Shown one piece after another: positions 33,205 through 35,464 of a stretch of 35,464 nucleotides of DNA (the stretch's first letter is position 1; every line of letters begins with the position of its first letter). Made by a program: the position numbers and the translations under genes. The notes beneath the pieces are model-generated. The model was not told the origin of the DNA. It did no database searches and was given only the letters and a program-made list of their open reading frames with translations. This DNA is from a virus (taxonomy: Duplodnaviria; Heunggongvirae; Uroviricota; Caudoviricetes): the IMG/VR virus record IMGVR_UViG_3300036790_000223; one strand, 5' to 3'.

Positions 33205-33953
33205 CCGCTCCCCTCTCTCTGCTGATCGTTAGCCTTCTTCAGGATGCCTGCGATACCAGGAGGATAACGGTGGCGGCAGGCGTGGGCGTAGGGATTCGTC
33301 ACCGCTACCGACCAGTTCGGGTGCTCCTTACGCATCTTCTTCGTCCCGGCCTTGCGCTTGCGCTCGGAGTACTCCGGCTCGCAGCGGCGACGGTCGTTAC
33401 CGTAGAAGCCGTGTACCTTGCGGGCCATCTTGATCACGGCTTCCTCGTAGGTCTCGCCGCCGCAATCCAGCCGGTAGTTGTGGTAGTGGGTGCCGGGTGT
33501 GATGTGGAAGCGCTCCATCGTGACCCAGCTGAACTCGCCGGTCTCCAGCCACACCTCGGTGCGGGTGTTGAGTGCTGGGTCGGGGCTGATAGCCCCGGTG
33601 GCCGGGTTGACCCGGGTTACGTTGAGCCAGATGCCCCCGTTGCCAAACCCGTCGCCGTGTTCCAGGTGACGCATGTGCCGCAGCGGGTACTGGGTGCCCT
33701 TGCCGCTCTTCCAGGCTTCCAGCTTCCAGTAGATCGGGTGGCCGTCCAGGTAGCGCCAGGCGTTGATGAAGGCGCCAGGGTTGGCCTCGTAGGCCCGGAC
33801 GACCTCACCCCAGCTCTCCTCCAGGTAGAGCCGCAAGTCGTAGTACAGAGTGCGGCTGCGGGCCTTGGGGAAGCTGGGGTCGCCACTGGGGATCTTGGTG
33901 GCCAGCTTAGGCAGTCGGCTGGGCTTGGTCTTCAACGCTCGTTCCCTTCTCAC
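33201..33953 (-). CDS. 250-aa hypothetical protein
   Basis: Long ORF with natural composition, starting right after tRNA-Arg(CCT), with an ATGA overlap to the next gene. No family recognised. Confidence 0.72.
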   Translation of the reverse strand: MRRERALKTKPSRLPKLATKIPSGDPSFPKARSRTLYYDLRLYLEESWGEVVRAYEANPGAFINAWRYLDGHPIYWKLEAWKSGKGTQYPLRHMRHLEHGDGFGNGGIWLNVTRVNPATGAISPDPALNTRTEVWLETGEFSWVTMERFHITPGTHYHNYRLDCGGETYEEAVIKMARKVHGFYGNDRRRCEPEYSERKRKAGTKKMRKEHPNWSVAVTNPYAHACRHRYPPGIAGILKKANDQQREGSG

Positions 33954-33954
33954 G

Positions 33955-34028
33955 CTGGCCTGGCGGGACTCGAACCCGCGCCTGCCGCTTAGGAGGCGGC
34001 TGCTCTAATCCATCTGGGCTACAGGCCA
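33955..34028 (-). tRNA. tRNA-Arg (anticodon CCT)
   Basis: TGGCCTG/CAGGCCA acceptor, GCCGC-CTCCTAA-GCGGC anticodon arm, GCGGG-TTCGAGT-CCCGC T arm. CCA not encoded. Confidence 0.92.
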
Positions 34029-34029
34029 G

Positions 34030-34102
34030 TGCCCCCGCCGGGAGTCGGACCCGGTCCTGCAGCTTCGGAGGCTACCGTGCTAATCCGTTGCACTACAGGG
34101 GC
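34030..34102 (-). tRNA. tRNA-Arg (anticodon CCG)
   Basis: GCCCCTG/CGGGGGC acceptor, GTAGC-CTCCGAA-GCTGC anticodon arm, CCGGG-TCCGACT-CCCGG T arm with an atypical T-loop. CCA not encoded. Confidence 0.88.
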
Positions 34103-34186
34103 TTGATCGTGTATGCCTCTAGCTCCAGGGGGGCCAGGTCCATCCTCAGTTTCCTTCCTGCATTCCCTGACGGTACTTGGGCAATA

Positions 34187-34363
34187 CTACGCCCCGGGCG
34201 CGTCCTTAGGTACCTTTCCTTTGCCTTTGCAGGCCGGGCAGCGCTGGTCGTACGTGGCACCCTTGATAACCTTCACGATCCAGCCGGAGCCATTGCACGG
34301 CTTACACTTCACCAGCGGTACCGGTGAGCGGTGCTTGCCTGGCTTCTTCTTTCCGAACGGCAT
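34187..34363 (-). CDS. 58-aa basic DnaJ-type zinc-finger mini-protein
   Basis: ATG after GGGAAAGG. Translation MPFGKKKPGKHRSPVPLVKCKPCNGSGWIVKVIKGATYDQRCPACKGKGKVPKDAPGA has two CxxCxGxG motifs. Confidence 0.78.
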   Translation of the reverse strand: MPFGKKKPGKHRSPVPLVKCKPCNGSGWIVKVIKGATYDQRCPACKGKGKVPKDAPGA

Positions 34364-34478
34364 CCTTTCCCTTCCCTCCGTCACGGCGCTTACCTCGCTT
34401 GCGGTGCTCGGCTAGTCCCTTAATCGTTCCAGCCACTTTGCGACGGTGCTTGCGCTGATCTTTGTGGGACTTGCTCAT
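34302..34478 (-). CDS. 58-aa very basic mini-protein (not in ORF track)
   Basis: ATG after AAAGGAG immediately downstream of tRNA-Tyr. Begins MSKSHKDQRKHRRKVAGTIKGLAEHRKRGKRRDGG. Overlaps the next gene by 62 nt. Confidence 0.42.
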   Translation of the reverse strand: MSKSHKDQRKHRRKVAGTIKGLAEHRKRGKRRDGGKGKDAVRKEEARQAPLTGTAGEV

Positions 34479-34492
34479 GCTTCTCCTTTAGG

Positions 34493-34573
34493 TGGGCCGT
34501 GATGGATTCGAACCACCGCGCCTTACGGTTCCGGGCTACAACCGGATGCATTCGGCCACTCTGCCAACGACCC
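34493..34573 (-). tRNA. tRNA-Tyr (anticodon GTA)
   Basis: GGGTCGT/ACGGCCC acceptor, TCCGG-TTGTAGC-CCGGA anticodon arm, long variable arm, GGTGG-TTCGAAT-CCATC T arm. Confidence 0.92.
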
Positions 34574-34579
34574 ATCGGG

Positions 34580-34653
34580 GGTGAACGGCGGGGATCGAAC
34601 CCGCGACTACACGACCCACAATCGTGCGCTCTGCCAGCTGAGCTACGCCCACC
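34580..34653 (-). tRNA. tRNA-His (anticodon GTG)
   Basis: Encoded G-1:C73 pair, GTGGGCG/CGTTCAC acceptor, CACGA-TTGTGGG-TCGTG anticodon arm, GCGGG-TTCGATC-CCCGC T arm. Confidence 0.92.
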
Positions 34654-34654
34654 A

Positions 34655-34722
34655 TGGGAGAACAGGCTGTCCTCGCCTTGACTAGCCTTTGGTTTGAGGG
34701 GACTCGTTCCCCGCCTGTTCTC
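34655..34722 (-). ncRNA. candidate structured spacer RNA between tRNA-Val and tRNA-His
   Basis: Perfect 10-bp terminal stem GAGAACAGGC/GCCTGTTCTC, internal GGGGA-ACGAG-TCCCC hairpin, followed by CCA on the minus strand. Confidence 0.35.
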
Positions 34723-34723
34723 G

Positions 34724-34795
34724 TGGGCGATAGTGGGATCGAACCACTGACTTCCTCGGTGTGAACGAGGCGCTCTCCCGCTGAGCCAATCGCCC
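34724..34795 (-). tRNA. tRNA-Val (anticodon CAC)
   Basis: GGGCGAT/ATCGCCC acceptor, CCTCG-TTCACAC-CGAGG anticodon arm, AGTGG-TTCGATC-CCACT T arm. Confidence 0.93.
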
Positions 34796-34803
34796 GGGAG
34801 GGC

Positions 34804-34986
34804 TCACAAGGAGCCCCTGTCACCCTGCCAGTATCCACTGCCCTTGCACTTTGGGCAGGGAACTAGCCGGATGTCAGCATTACCAGTGCGGCGGTCAGCT
34901 ATCCGCTTCTCCACCTTGCCGGTTCCGCTGCAGTGGCGGCAGCGCACTTGACCTTGCCGCCCTAGCTTCTTCGGCTTCTTTGCCAT
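34804..34986 (-). CDS. 60-aa basic DnaJ-type zinc-finger mini-protein
   Basis: MAKKPKKLGRQGQVRCRHCSGTG...CPKCKGSG has two CxxCxGxG motifs. The start abuts the upstream stop. Confidence 0.78.
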   Translation of the reverse strand: MAKKPKKLGRQGQVRCRHCSGTGKVEKRIADRRTGNADIRLVPCPKCKGSGYWQGDRGSL

Positions 34987-35061
34987 CTACTTCGGCTTCG
35001 GCTTGGGCTTCGGCTTCGGCTTGGGCCTGGCTGTGGTTGGGATCAGAATCGGGTCTGGCAT
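34987..35061 (-). CDS. 24-aa Pro/Lys-repeat micropeptide
   Basis: ATG 35061 after GGGAGG. Translation MPDPILIPTTARPKPKPKPKPKPK. The stop abuts the next ATG. Confidence 0.55.
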   Translation of the reverse strand: MPDPILIPTTARPKPKPKPKPKPK

Positions 35062-35077
35062 ATCCTCCCTGCTCTCC

Positions 35078-35260
35078 CTAGGTTCGGCTCGATACGGTGC
35101 CGTTACCGTGGCAGGTGGGGCAGGTCTTGTAGACCGGCTTCTTGGTGCCACCGATGCCTGGCTTGGTCCCTGCGGGGATCTTCCCCTTCGGGGCTCCGTT
35201 GCCCGTGCACTGCGGACATGGCTTGGGGGCTTTGCCACCGCCCCCGACTCGCTTGCTCAA
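35078..35260 (-). CDS. 60-aa basic DnaJ-type zinc-finger mini-protein
   Basis: TTG start after AAAGGA. MSKRVGGGGKAPKPCPQCTGNG...CPTCHGNG has two CxxCxGxG motifs. Confidence 0.75.
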   Translation of the reverse strand: MSKRVGGGGKAPKPCPQCTGNGAPKGKIPAGTKPGIGGTKKPVYKTCPTCHGNGTVSSRT

Positions 35261-35286
35261 CTGCGCTTCCTTTCCCTTCCTGGGGG

Positions 35287-35424
35287 CTACTTGCCCTTCC
35301 TCTTGCACCGGCCACATGCCCAGCCCCGCGTCATCGCCCTAGCGCGATCCCGCAGGGTGTTGCACTTGACCAGCTTGGTCCGGCTGCAGCCGTCCTTACA
35401 GTGCAGCCGCACATCGAACGCCAT
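35287..35424 (-). CDS. 45-aa basic zinc-binding mini-protein (not in ORF track)
   Basis: ATG after AAAGGGG. Translation MAFDVRLHCKDGCSRTKLVKCNTLRDRARAMTRGWACGRCKRKGK (CxxxC...CxxC). Confidence 0.68.
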   Translation of the reverse strand: MAFDVRLHCKDGCSRTKLVKCNTLRDRARAMTRGWACGRCKRKGK

Positions 35425-35464
35425 TGGTGCACCCCTTTCGTTTCCCTTCCCTAACGCGCGCCCA

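Noticed and set aside
34094-34144. 16-aa minus-strand ORF MDLAPLELEAYTIKPL
   Set aside because: It runs into the 5' end of tRNA-Arg(CCG) and is too short to support.
33955-34795. tRNA cluster as a prophage attachment site or host region
   Set aside because: No integrase or duplicated tRNA 3' end is visible, and phage-like mini-genes continue on both sides, so the tRNAs appear phage-encoded. Prophage status cannot be decided from this window.
34990-35025. Short tandem repeat (CTTCGG/CTTGGG) as CRISPR or VNTR
   Set aside because: It is simply the coding sequence of the PK dipeptide run. There are no spacers and no cas genes.

Overview
The whole window is the virion-morphogenesis and lysis arm of a GC-rich tailed phage or prophage, probably a siphovirus of an actinomycete. 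No sheath, baseplate wedge, integrase, terminase or portal is visible here. Plus-strand order: the 3' end of a head-associated gene ending in an ADP-ribosyltransferase-like domain; a 1183-aa prohead protease/scaffold polyprotein; a major capsid protein with an Ig/FnIII-like insertion; two small virion proteins; a seven-gene sugar cassette (three glycosyltransferases, a TylF-like O-methyltransferase, two NDP-sugar epimerases, a C2H2 mini-protein); head-tail and tail genes, including a tail chaperone with a -1 frameshift; the tape measure; an 1841-aa tail-tip protein carrying a spherulin-4/GH135-like hydrolase domain; and a lysis cassette. A minus-strand island with peptidyl-tRNA hydrolase Pth2 splits the tail operon. 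The right end is a dense minus-strand array of five tRNA genes interleaved with basic, Cys-rich mini-ORFs, many too short for the supplied ORF track. Best leads: (1) a tail-borne GH135-type depolymerase, (2) a self-contained virion glycosylation and methylation pathway, (3) a possible translation-protection kit (Pth2, atypical tRNAs, a family of DnaJ-type Zn-finger mini-proteins, a tRNA-like spacer RNA), and (4) an ART cargo and Lys-delimited head polyprotein. All family assignments come from motif recognition by eye; no database search was run.
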